This document shows, in pieces, positions 18,182 to 27,386 of a DNA stretch of 64,000 nucleotides. A model generated the notes under the pieces. That model did not search any database and had not been told where the DNA came from. It saw only the letters and a list, made by a program, of their open reading frames with translations. Numbering within the stretch: the first letter of the stretch is position 1; each line of letters begins with the position of its first letter. The position numbers were made by a program, and so were the translations under genes. Where the stretch lies: NCBI GenBank assembly GCA_028288505.1, contig JAQBNN010000224.1, positions 7,778 to 71,777 of the forward strand, in the 5' to 3' direction. This DNA is from Segetibacter sp. (GTDB lineage: Bacteria; Bacteroidota; Bacteroidia; Chitinophagales; Chitinophagaceae).

Positions 18182-21100
18182 CTAGCTGAGCCAAACACGC
18201 ATTAATGATACCAGCTTTGCAGTGTTAACCGGTTTAGTGATATAATCTGATGCTCCCGCTTCCAGGCATTTCTCCCTATCACCGGCCATTGCTTTTGCGG
18301 TTAGTGCAATTATAGGAAGCTTTCCAAGCATCAACTCATTACGTATACGTTGCATCGCTTCATATCCATCCATCTCTGGCATCATTAGATCCATAAGAAC
18401 AATTTCGACTTGCGTATTTTGCTTTAAAACTTCCAGCGCATCTTTACCGTCGCTGGCGGTTATTACCTTCATTTTTTCCTGCTCAAGTGCAGCACTTAAA
18501 GCAAACACATTTCTCATATCGTCATCAACTACTAATACTGTTTTGTCTTCTAAGGAACCATCGTTGCCCGGATGCGAAATGTAGCTAATTTTTGACTGTT
18601 TGCGCTCCTGCTGTACCTTGTAAAGGAAAAGCTCTAATTCTTCAATTAACCGGTTTTGAGAAGTTTCACTCTTCCTTACAACTACACTGGAGATCTTTTT
18701 AATTTCGAGTTCACTATCAAAAGAAATATCTTTATCGAGGTATATAATTGTAGGAATTTTACCAGGTTTAAGTTCTTCATTTAATTGCTGCAATTCTTTA
18801 ATGCCCTGTTCTATACTTGTGCCTATGTCAGCAATTAAGCAATCAAATTTTGACGATTTCAATTTTGAAATCGCCTCAGCAAGATTTACTACTTGTTCAA
18901 ATTGAATATCGAAAACTTTCTTATCAAACAATGGTTTCAAGCCATCTACTCCTGCATTAATAGAAAAAACCATCACACGTTTTACTGACGAGTGGAGATA
19001 TTCTCCAATAAGAGTAAAAGCCTTTTCAAGATCCTCCTTTTCAACCGGCTTTTGCAGGTAGGCTAAAGCACCTATCGTGTTTATCTTTTCATCTTCTGCT
19101 GCCGAAATTATATGAACAGGAATATGTTTAAGATCTCTATCGTTTTTAAAGGCCTGAAGCAATGTCCAACCATCAATACCTGGTAAGTTCATGTCGAGGG
19201 TAATAACTGATGGTAGGAATTTCTTTGCACACATTAATCCTTCTTTTCCATTTGTAGCCACTATTGCTTTGTAGCCTCGCTCCTGGGCAAAGGCCTTTAC
19301 AAGCTTAGCGAAAAAAATATCGTCTTCTATAATCAACATTACTCTGTCCCCTTTATTAATCGCACCTCTGTCATCTGCTATTATATTTTGTTCGTCAAAT
19401 TCGTCCAACCAAATTTCTTCAACCCTTCTCTCTTCTATTACATTTACCTTTTCTTCAGTTAAAGCTAAGGCTGCAATTGGAATTATGATTTTAAAACTAC
19501 TTCCCTTTCCTTCTTCACTTGTAAGTTCAACCTTTCCTTTTAATAAACGCACAAGTTCTTTTGTAATAGAAAGGCCAAGGCCTGTCCCACCAAACCGTCT
19601 GCTAGTTGACATATCAGCCTGCTGAAACGCTTCAAATATTACTTTTTGTTTACTAGCAGGAATACCTATCCCAGTATCCGTAACAGAAAATGAAATCTCA
19701 TGGGGAGAATAGTTACTAATCATCAAACTAACTGTACCATCCTTTTTCGTAAACTTAAAAGCGTTGGATAACAAATTCTTTAAAACCTGCTCTACTTTTT
19801 GCTTGTCAGTTTTAATGGCTTTAGGAACTGCGCCATCAACTTCAGCTATAAAATGGATGTCTTTTTCATCTGCAACAACTGCAAAAAGTTGTTGCAGATC
19901 CCTGCAAATATTAGATACAGTAACCTCTTCAATATTCACTTCAACTTTACCTGCTTCGATTTTTGAAAGGTCAAGAATATCGTTTATCAAGTCAAGCAAA
20001 TCGCTGCCCGACTTGTAAATAATTCTTGCATGTGCTTTTTGTTTTTCTGTGAGGTTATTATCAGCATTATCTGCAAGAAGTTTAGCAAGAATTAATACAC
20101 TGTTTAAAGGAGTACGTAACTCGTGGGACATATTTGCCAAAAACTCCGACTTATATTTACTTGTTGCTTCAAGCTCCTTGGCTTTCATTGTTACTGCAGC
20201 TCTTGCACTTTCTATAGCCTGGTTCTTTTCCTCCAATTCTGCATTTATTTGCCGAAGTTCCTCTTCCTGCACACGTAACTCTTCCTCCGATGCCTGGAGT
20301 ACTTCTGCTTGCAAACTCAATTCCTCATTAGTCTGTCTCAGTTCTTCCTGCTGGTTCTCTAGTATTTCCTTTTGCTCCTGCACCTGCGAGAGTAACTGTA
20401 TTACCTTTTGATTACTTTCAACAGAATTAATAGCAACGGAAATATTATTTGCAGTAACCTTTAATAATTCTACCCGCTGTTCATCAAATTGTTCAAACGA
20501 CAATAATTCAATTACCGCCTTCAGCTCATCATCTATATACAAAGGCATGTAGCAGGCAACTGCAGGTGCAGCATTTACCGTTGCAGTTTCAAATACAATT
20601 TGCTCTCGGGTTAGTCCGGTAATTATTGTAGGCTCTTTCTTTGAAGCCGCTTCCCCAACAAGTCCCTCATGTAAGAGAAAGGATCTTTTAAAGTCGGAAG
20701 GAATAGCATAAGTAGCAGAAACAGAAAGTCTTTTGTCATTAGGATCATACAAGTAAACAGCCCCTGCCTGAACATTAAGATATCGAACGATTGTGTTTAA
20801 CAGACTTTGAGTAAGTTCACCTGAATTGTAAGCATTGTGCAAGCTATCATTCACTTTAGCTAAGCCCGCAAGTACCCAGTTTTTATTTGCCGTCTCCTGA
20901 TTTAAGCTTGTTTGCGATTTATTGCTTTTTTGAAGTTCATTTTCTGCCTTTCTTCTATTTCTAAACTCAACTAATATTAAATAGATTAACACTATTACAA
21001 TTAAGAGAATCAAAGCAATACCAACTGCTAATCCAACTATTGAATTTGTAACCGACCTTCTATTTTGCTTTATCTTATTATTAAGTAGTGCATTTTGAAG

Positions 21101-21580
21101 CGCCGTCATCTTATCAACGATACTCCTTATTGAGTCCATCTTCTGCTTCTCAAGAACCATTATTTCTGCAATTCGCTCTTTTGTATAACCACTTGCATTG
21201 GAACCAAGACTTACCCAAAAAGAAAGAATATCATCGATAGAGGCTTGAAGTTGATAAAAGTAAGATGACTGTACCTGGCTGTCTTTAACCGAAAGCTGCA
21301 ACTCCTGTAGTATGGGCCTTATTGATTGGAGGCCGTTAAAATAAGGCTCCAGAAAACGTTGGTCATTGGTACTTCTAAATCCGCGCCTTCCCGTCTCCAT
21401 ATCTATTAAAGCCTTTTGGCAGGTTTCCAAATGATTAAGCACCTCGTAGGCTTGCTTAATCATTGCAGCATCGTTATGTTGCTTACGAAAAGTTATTAGC
21501 GAAATAATACCTACGCCTAATACTAATACTATAGCAACGGTAAACCCAACATATAAACGAGTTCTAATGTTATTTTTCAT
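18182..21580 (-). CDS. Membrane hybrid sensor kinase: CHASE3-GAF-coiled coil-HisKA-HATPase-three REC
   Basis: Two TM segments around DMETGRRGF (CHASE3), FLANMSHELRTPL, DTGIGI, GGTGLGL, three receiver-like domains. Confidence 0.9.
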   Translation of the reverse strand: MKNNIRTRLYVGFTVAIVLVLGVGIISLITFRKQHNDAAMIKQAYEVLNHLETCQKALIDMETGRRGFRSTNDQRFLEPYFNGLQSIRPILQELQLSVKDSQVQSSYFYQLQASIDDILSFWVSLGSNASGYTKERIAEIMVLEKQKMDSIRSIVDKMTALQNALLNNKIKQNRRSVTNSIVGLAVGIALILLIVIVLIYLILVEFRNRRKAENELQKSNKSQTSLNQETANKNWVLAGLAKVNDSLHNAYNSGELTQSLLNTIVRYLNVQAGAVYLYDPNDKRLSVSATYAIPSDFKRSFLLHEGLVGEAASKKEPTIITGLTREQIVFETATVNAAPAVACYMPLYIDDELKAVIELLSFEQFDEQRVELLKVTANNISVAINSVESNQKVIQLLSQVQEQKEILENQQEELRQTNEELSLQAEVLQASEEELRVQEEELRQINAELEEKNQAIESARAAVTMKAKELEATSKYKSEFLANMSHELRTPLNSVLILAKLLADNADNNLTEKQKAHARIIYKSGSDLLDLINDILDLSKIEAGKVEVNIEEVTVSNICRDLQQLFAVVADEKDIHFIAEVDGAVPKAIKTDKQKVEQVLKNLLSNAFKFTKKDGTVSLMISNYSPHEISFSVTDTGIGIPASKQKVIFEAFQQADMSTSRRFGGTGLGLSITKELVRLLKGKVELTSEEGKGSSFKIIIPIAALALTEEKVNVIEERRVEEIWLDEFDEQNIIADDRGAINKGDRVMLIIEDDIFFAKLVKAFAQERGYKAIVATNGKEGLMCAKKFLPSVITLDMNLPGIDGWTLLQAFKNDRDLKHIPVHIISAAEDEKINTIGALAYLQKPVEKEDLEKAFTLIGEYLHSSVKRVMVFSINAGVDGLKPLFDKKVFDIQFEQVVNLAEAISKLKSSKFDCLIADIGTSIEQGIKELQQLNEELKPGKIPTIIYLDKDISFDSELEIKKISSVVVRKSETSQNRLIEELELFLYKVQQERKQSKISYISHPGNDGSLEDKTVLVVDDDMRNVFALSAALEQEKMKVITASDGKDALEVLKQNTQVEIVLMDLMMPEMDGYEAMQRIRNELMLGKLPIIALTAKAMAGDREKCLEAGASDYITKPVNTAKLVSLMRVWLS

Positions 21581-21750
21581 TGATATTTAATTCCAAAAAT
21601 TAATATTACACCCATTTTGTTTATAGTACTTAAAACAATGCAACATGCTAATTTTATTAAGTCATTTTTAATTGCTGGTTTTGGTACAAGTTCACTTTAA
21701 AAAACAACTTTGTACGATACAAACTTTTCTTTAATTCTACTTTAAAAAAT

Positions 21751-21808
21751 ATTTAGGATACAGAGGGTAGAATATCCATTAAGCATCTTTGCGTCGCATT
21801 TCGTTCAT
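21751..21808 (-). repeat. Element copy 11 (diverged A)
   Basis: Reverse complement reads GAACGAAATGCGACGCAAAGATGCTTAATGG... Confidence 0.7.
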
Positions 21809-21947
21809 CATTTGAAGGGCTATTTATCTTTTACTATGTTTTGTTTTACCAGCATAGATCTTTAATAGCGTACTTTCTACACAACAGTTAAATTTGAATA
21901 GAAAAGGGCACAGTAAATTACAAGCGAGCAGAGTAGAATTACTAAAA

Positions 21948-22005
21948 GCACAAGAGTGCCACGCAACATAAGGGTGAACCTACGCACAATGCCAAGACAA
22001 CAAAA
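21948..22005 (+). repeat. Element copy 12 (diverged A)
   Basis: GCACAAGAGTGCCACGCAAC...AATGCCAAGACAACAAAA. Confidence 0.75.
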
Positions 22006-22102
22006 CTACTTTAAGTTATAGCTTGCCTACAACCGATCAAGTATTAAAACAAAAAAAAGACCCTTTTGAGGTCCTTAATATAGTTAGAAGATATTGCAGC
22101 TA

Positions 22103-22672
22103 CTAGGCTACCAGGGCAGGTTCTTTCTTTTTGGTTTTACCTTGTAATACATTACGCAGTATTGCCTTAGCACGGGAAAATTGAGACTTGCTAGTACTTT
22201 CAGTAATACCAAGCTGGCTAGCTATTTCTTTATGCGAATAGCCTTCAACAGCGTATAAATGAAATACGGTTCGGTATCCATCGCTAAGATTCATCGAGGT
22301 TTTCATGAGGTCCTTTTGGTATAAATTATCGAGAGCATTCTTACAACGATCGGGTACCACGTTTTCTATCCCGTCACTTATGTCGGTGCTTAAATGTTTT
22401 TTGCGGATATGCTCAATTGCTGTATTAACGAATATACGACGTACCCATCCGTCAAAAGATCCCTCTCCTCTAAACCTGTGAAGATTATTAAAGAGTTTTA
22501 TAAATGCCTCCTGCAATATGTCTTCAGCATCCATCTGGTTTTTGGCATAGCGGAGACAAATTGCAAACATTTTAGATGCATACATATCGTACAACTGCTT
22601 CTGACCTATACGATCACCTTGTATGCAATTTTGTATCAGCGAATGTTCATTTTGAGTAAAAGTTGTAGTCAT
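22103..22672 (-). CDS. ECF-type RNA polymerase sigma-70 factor
   Basis: DAEDILQEAFIK, WVRRIFVN, GYSHKEIASQLGITESTSKSQ. Confidence 0.9.
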   Translation of the reverse strand: MTTTFTQNEHSLIQNCIQGDRIGQKQLYDMYASKMFAICLRYAKNQMDAEDILQEAFIKLFNNLHRFRGEGSFDGWVRRIFVNTAIEHIRKKHLSTDISDGIENVVPDRCKNALDNLYQKDLMKTSMNLSDGYRTVFHLYAVEGYSHKEIASQLGITESTSKSQFSRAKAILRNVLQGKTKKKEPALVA

Positions 22673-22838
22673 AGTAGTTAGTTTTATGTTGCTCTACCCC
22701 TTTTACTATATTGGTGCCAAATGATAATGTGCTGATTATCAATGTCAAACTAGCAAAAAATAGTAGTAAAAATCCTTGTTCCGGAAACAGCTTCCCAAAA
22801 CAGGACGGTCGCATTTTAAAAATATAACATTCTTTTGT

Positions 22839-23918
22839 TTAATCATAGGAAAAAGAAGATAAAATACCTAAACCCGGATAATCAGACGGCATAACAAAAC
22901 CATTTTTATAACTAATCCCGCTGGCCAAGTCTTCTGACAGCAGTAATGGCCCATCCATATCCACATAATCGAGTTGTGGTAAAAACTGCGCTATTGCGCC
23001 GCTTCCTATGCTGCTTTCATTCATGCAGCCCATCATTACTTTAAGGTTAAGTTCTCTTGCATAAGTAATCATACGTAGAGCCGGGGTAATACCGCTGCAC
23101 TTGGTAAGTTTTATATTTATCCCATGAAAGAATCCTACGCATTTCTCGACATCCTTCTCGAAAACACAACTTTCATCGGCGAATAATGGCAAAGTGGATT
23201 TCTCGTAAAGTTCCTTCATGCCACTCCAGTTATCCTTAGCTAGTGGCTGCTCTATAAACTCTACTCCTAATTTTGCAAGCACCGGAATTTTTTCAAGTGC
23301 TTCTTCTGTTGTCCAGCCTGCATTTGCGTCTACCCTAAATGTGGCATCTGTGTGTTTACGCAATGCCTGTACAATCTCGAGGTCGTTAGGCACGCCAAGT
23401 TTTATCTTATATATAGGCCATGGATTTTCTTTTATTTTCTTTACCATCCTTTCTACGGTATCAATTCCTATTGTATAATCGGTAATAGGAAGGTTGGTAA
23501 GAGTTGTATTCCAGATTTGGTACAAGGGCTTTCTTTTCATCTGGCCATACAAATCCCATCCTGCCATGTCGAGTGCGCAAACTAAGAATGGATTGTTTGG
23601 AAAAAGGTGGTGAAGGTAGTGCCAGTACCTTTCGGGCTCGGTAAAAGCAAACTTTTCAACGAACATCTTCTTCCTCTCGAGGTCTGCCATCATTTGCTCA
23701 ACGGTTATGTTGTAGTAAGTGATTGCAGGTGCTTCGCCATATCCAACATATGGACCTAGTTGTAGTTCTACTACTAAGGTAGGTTGGTGGGTTTTTGTTC
23801 CCTTTGAAATAGTGAACGGGTATTTAAAAGGCAGGTTGAAGGAACGATAACGAAGTTTCAAAGTGTAATGTTTAAACGAAATAGACTGCAAAGTAAAATT
23901 GTGACGCTTGTATTTCAA
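22839..23918 (-). CDS. L-Ala-D/L-Glu dipeptide epimerase (enolase superfamily, YkfB-like)
   Basis: KIKLG, DAN.GW, EQP, DES, NIKLTKC, DMDGP; the true start is probably about 20 codons downstream of the ORF start. Confidence 0.85.
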   Translation of the reverse strand: MKYKRHNFTLQSISFKHYTLKLRYRSFNLPFKYPFTISKGTKTHQPTLVVELQLGPYVGYGEAPAITYYNITVEQMMADLERKKMFVEKFAFTEPERYWHYLHHLFPNNPFLVCALDMAGWDLYGQMKRKPLYQIWNTTLTNLPITDYTIGIDTVERMVKKIKENPWPIYKIKLGVPNDLEIVQALRKHTDATFRVDANAGWTTEEALEKIPVLAKLGVEFIEQPLAKDNWSGMKELYEKSTLPLFADESCVFEKDVEKCVGFFHGINIKLTKCSGITPALRMITYARELNLKVMMGCMNESSIGSGAIAQFLPQLDYVDMDGPLLLSEDLASGISYKNGFVMPSDYPGLGILSSFSYD

Positions 23919-23966
23919 CCATATTTATTAATACCCTTAGGTGAATGGTTGAGTAAAGAATAAAAT

Positions 23967-24023
23967 GTACAAGAGTGCGACGCAAGTAAAGCTTAATAGT
24001 AAGTTTTAGTTGGGTCAATAAAA
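23967..24023 (+). repeat. Element copy 13 (A)
   Basis: GTACAAGAGTGCGACGCAAGTAAAGCTTAATAGT...GTTGGGTCAATAAAAA. Confidence 0.9.
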
Positions 24024-24032
24024 AAACTAGCG

Positions 24033-24078
24033 CGTTAACTTAATAAAGCCATTAAAAAATGGCTTTATTAAGTTAACG
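24033..24078 (-). terminator. 21-bp perfect inverted repeat overlapping the malQ stop (probable terminator)
   Basis: CGTTAACTTAATAAAGCCATT-AAAA-AATGGCTTTATTAAGTTAACG. Confidence 0.65.
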
Positions 24079-27000
24079 TCCGCTTCGTTGTACATAACCA
24101 TGTAACTCCTTATTAAATTCTTTTTCTTTTAAAAGATCTTCAAGGTTTAAATGCATGCGGTACCGCCAATAATGTTTAGGGTCTGCAGGAATGTTTATTC
24201 GTTCCTCGTGAGGATTCTCCCTTCTTATTTTACCATTAATCGACAGCAAATCCTGCAGCTGAAAAATACTCCACATAGCAGGCGAGTAAAGATGTTGCAA
24301 AACAATGTCGTGACAAATTTCCGGCTCGCAGAAATAAGGCGCATCGCCCCATTTTACCAACTGGGTATTGTAAAAATGCTGCGTAAGCTTCCTGTCCTCT
24401 TCCCACCAACCCCTGATGGTACTCATGTCGTGGGTAGATGGTGTAACTACACTTAAATACGGTGCATCGTTTGGATGAAAAAACTCCTTCTTCGGGTCTT
24501 TTGGCATGCGTTGAATTTCGAGACTGAGGATAGCGAGCCGTTTCATTACTCCAGGTACGCAGTCAGGAACCATTCCAAGGTCTTCTCCACAAATAAGCAT
24601 GTTTGTACTCCGCTTTAATTCAGGAAGCTTTCGCATAGCTTCTTTCTCCCAGAATTCATCCTGGCGCTTGAAGAAATAGTCAATACTTAATGCCCTTAGT
24701 TTTTCCTGCGTGTTATTATCCAGCTGCAGGAATGATGGCGTCTTTTCAAGCGCAATTCTAAAATGAAACTTATTTGAGCCTGGCTCGTCAGCTTCAAATA
24801 ATAAAACATTACTTATAAGATCGAAGAGACCTTGCTTTGTCGATCTGTTTAAAATGCTCGCTTCCTGCTCTTCAAAATGGGCTTCTACTTTTCTTTGCGT
24901 ATCAAACTCAGGTTTTAGCTGATACGTACCATCCCCAACAGGAACTAAAAATGTTGTAATAACGTTTTCAACTTCATTGTTGAACAAGTCCTGAAGAATA
25001 GCATCGTTAATAAATGGCTTGGTAAACCGTTCAGTATTGAAAGAGATTCCTCTCTCTTCAAATTCGGTTTTATTAACAGGAAGTGCGGGAACGAAATAAC
25101 CTAGTATGCCTTCAACTGCATGCATAGGGATACTCCAAATGCGGAAGAAACCAAGAATATGATCAATTCGGAAAGCATCAAAATAATAGCTCATTTGAGC
25201 AAAACGCTTCTTCCACCACTGGAATCCATCTTGCTGCATCTGCTGCCAGTTGTAGGTTGGGAAGCCCCAGTTCTGGCCCTTTACTGCAAAATCATCAGGA
25301 GGTGCACCGGCCTGCTTATCAATATGGTACAGTTGGGGTGCTTGCCATGCATCGCAACTATACCTGTAGATTCCTATTGGTATATCTCCTTTTACTATAA
25401 TACCATTTTCATGTGCATAGGCAGTAGCTTCTAACAGTTGAAGGTGCAGGTAATATTGGATAAAGTAATATACGCTTATTTCCTCTTTTACCTCCATAGG
25501 TTCAGAAGCTAATTGTTCAATTTCACCCGTATTATACACATTATATTCACGCCAGTTGCTAAAGTCTGCAGTTTGGTAAGTATCTCTTAAGAAGCTAAAG
25601 GCAGCGTAAGGAACCAGCCAGTGTTTGTTTTCCCTAAAGAAATCCAGGAAATCGTTGTCCTTAAAAGTATCTTTTTTCTGAAGAGGAAATATTTGCTTTA
25701 TAATGTCAAGCTTAGTTTTCATTACTGCTACATAATCTACTTCGCTCTTCGCATTTAACAGCTTCTGTTGCTCGTGGAGACTATCGAGCAGCTTACGATT
25801 TTTCTTGTTTACAACAGCGGGGAGGTGCAGGTATATAGGATGTAGCGCAAAAGCAGAGATTGCTGCATAAGGATAACTATCGGCAGTGGTATACGTTGCA
25901 GTAGTATCGTTTATAGGAAGGATTTGAACGAGCTTTAAACCTATAGTTTTTGCCCAATCTACTAGCAGCTTCAGGTCGTTAAACTCTCCTACACCTAAGC
26001 TCTCGTTACTCCGCAAGCTAAAAACCGGTATTGCAACCCCAGCACCTTTAAAGTTTCTATCTGAAATATTGATAAAGCCATCAGCAAGTACAGTGAAGTT
26101 ATCAGGAGTACTTTCGTGTTGTAACAATTCGCGGTCAGATCCTACTTCAAATTCTACAAATGCTTTTTTGTTTACATCATAAACGCCGTACTTGTATAAA
26201 ACAGGAAAAGCTGTCTTTGAAAGGTCAAGTTTTACTTCGAACCAATTTCCCTGTTTTTCCCTCGATAATAAGATAGGGTCAGTAGTATCCCAGTCTCTTA
26301 ATTCATAGGCTCCACCAAGTAAACATATTGTTTGACCTGCCGATAATAAAGGAGACTTGATCTTAAAATGGTGACTAACTTTTTTAGGTTCTTTTACTTT
26401 TACAGGCGTGTAATTTTCTTTAAGCAATACCTTTTTAAATGGTTCGGTGTAAAAAGTATTTTGATCGTAGCCGGCAAAATTCCATGTATCAACTATAGTA
26501 ATACTGGTTTGACTAATAGCAGAAAGATCAAGCAATTTATCTCCCCCGAACTCTTCAGCTACTGATTCATCTTCGTATACCAGCTTATACCGGTAGGCGA
26601 TTGGTTCAGTAACATCAGCAAGTGGAAATTCAACTTGAAGGAACCAAAAATCTTTGTTTAAATAGGTAAGTGCAACGGCATCTTTATTGCTGTTGTTACC
26701 AAGAAGAGCATGGTTTCCTGTAATAAAAAGACGTTGGCCGAATTTGGTGTGAAACCTTAGTTTAAACGTAACCTTCTTTAATGGCTTCTTTTCTGCAGAG
26801 AACTTCTGCTGAATAGTAGCCGGTTGAATTGGAGCGTGAAACTCTGAGCCATCGCTAGTTGAAGCACCTTTTTTATTGGTTGATTTTTCTTTCCTGTTAG
26901 CTGGTTTCTCATCTTTACCCTTCTTCTCTCCCTGTATTGTTGGAAGGTCAATCGTAATTTTATTGACAGCAGGCTGTACCTCTTTTCCGGGTTTCTTTAA

Positions 27001-27111
27001 CGGCTTCTTACTATCCCCAAGGCCTTGCGCTGCTTCTGTTAAAGCAATGTCATCTATTAGATTACTGCCGCTTGTATTAGTATCGTCTATGCTATTATTC
27101 TCGGTACTCAC
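24073..27111 (-). CDS. malQ: 4-alpha-glucanotransferase (DPE2-type: two CBM20 + GH77) with low-complexity N-terminal extension
   Basis: GAGVAIPVFSLRS, QILPINDT, GAPPDDF, FRIDHILGFFRIW, CGEDLG, WRYRMH. Confidence 0.92.
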   Translation of the reverse strand: MSTENNSIDDTNTSGSNLIDDIALTEAAQGLGDSKKPLKKPGKEVQPAVNKITIDLPTIQGEKKGKDEKPANRKEKSTNKKGASTSDGSEFHAPIQPATIQQKFSAEKKPLKKVTFKLRFHTKFGQRLFITGNHALLGNNSNKDAVALTYLNKDFWFLQVEFPLADVTEPIAYRYKLVYEDESVAEEFGGDKLLDLSAISQTSITIVDTWNFAGYDQNTFYTEPFKKVLLKENYTPVKVKEPKKVSHHFKIKSPLLSAGQTICLLGGAYELRDWDTTDPILLSREKQGNWFEVKLDLSKTAFPVLYKYGVYDVNKKAFVEFEVGSDRELLQHESTPDNFTVLADGFINISDRNFKGAGVAIPVFSLRSNESLGVGEFNDLKLLVDWAKTIGLKLVQILPINDTTATYTTADSYPYAAISAFALHPIYLHLPAVVNKKNRKLLDSLHEQQKLLNAKSEVDYVAVMKTKLDIIKQIFPLQKKDTFKDNDFLDFFRENKHWLVPYAAFSFLRDTYQTADFSNWREYNVYNTGEIEQLASEPMEVKEEISVYYFIQYYLHLQLLEATAYAHENGIIVKGDIPIGIYRYSCDAWQAPQLYHIDKQAGAPPDDFAVKGQNWGFPTYNWQQMQQDGFQWWKKRFAQMSYYFDAFRIDHILGFFRIWSIPMHAVEGILGYFVPALPVNKTEFEERGISFNTERFTKPFINDAILQDLFNNEVENVITTFLVPVGDGTYQLKPEFDTQRKVEAHFEEQEASILNRSTKQGLFDLISNVLLFEADEPGSNKFHFRIALEKTPSFLQLDNNTQEKLRALSIDYFFKRQDEFWEKEAMRKLPELKRSTNMLICGEDLGMVPDCVPGVMKRLAILSLEIQRMPKDPKKEFFHPNDAPYLSVVTPSTHDMSTIRGWWEEDRKLTQHFYNTQLVKWGDAPYFCEPEICHDIVLQHLYSPAMWSIFQLQDLLSINGKIRRENPHEERINIPADPKHYWRYRMHLNLEDLLKEKEFNKELHGYVQRSGR

Positions 27112-27213
27112 GTCTTAAATTTTAGTCAACAACTCTTTTCATCATGCAAAGAAACATGATTGTGATACAGCGTTATTTCAGCCGAAGAAACCAGGGATGA
27201 TCACTGATTTGCC

Positions 27214-27274
27214 CTTGAAGTGATTGCGACGCAACGATGATGCCATGAAAACCAGTGCTGGTATCAGAAAAAAT
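27214..27274 (+). repeat. Element copy 14 (A')
   Basis: GAAGTGATTGCGACGCAACGATGATGCCATGAAAACCAGTGCTGGTATCAGAAAAAAT. Confidence 0.9.
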
Positions 27275-27278
27275 ATTT

Positions 27279-27335
27279 CTTTTTTGACCCTAGCATTTAA
27301 TCTTTACTCATCATCGTTGTGTCACTCACTTGTAC
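27279..27335 (-). repeat. Element copy 15 (B)
   Basis: Reverse complement reads GTACAAGTGAGTGACACAACGATGATGAGTAAAGATTAAATGCTAGGGTCAAAAAAG. Confidence 0.9.
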
Positions 27336-27386
27336 TATAAAAACTTTATTCAGCAAGAAGCTGAAAAGGCGTATTGAAACATCTAG

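Noticed and set aside
27214-27335. Elements as integron attC sites
   Set aside because: The length (about 57 nt) and the AAC are suggestive, but single copies lack the closing GTT arm, flanking genes are core genes in mixed orientations, and no intI is seen.
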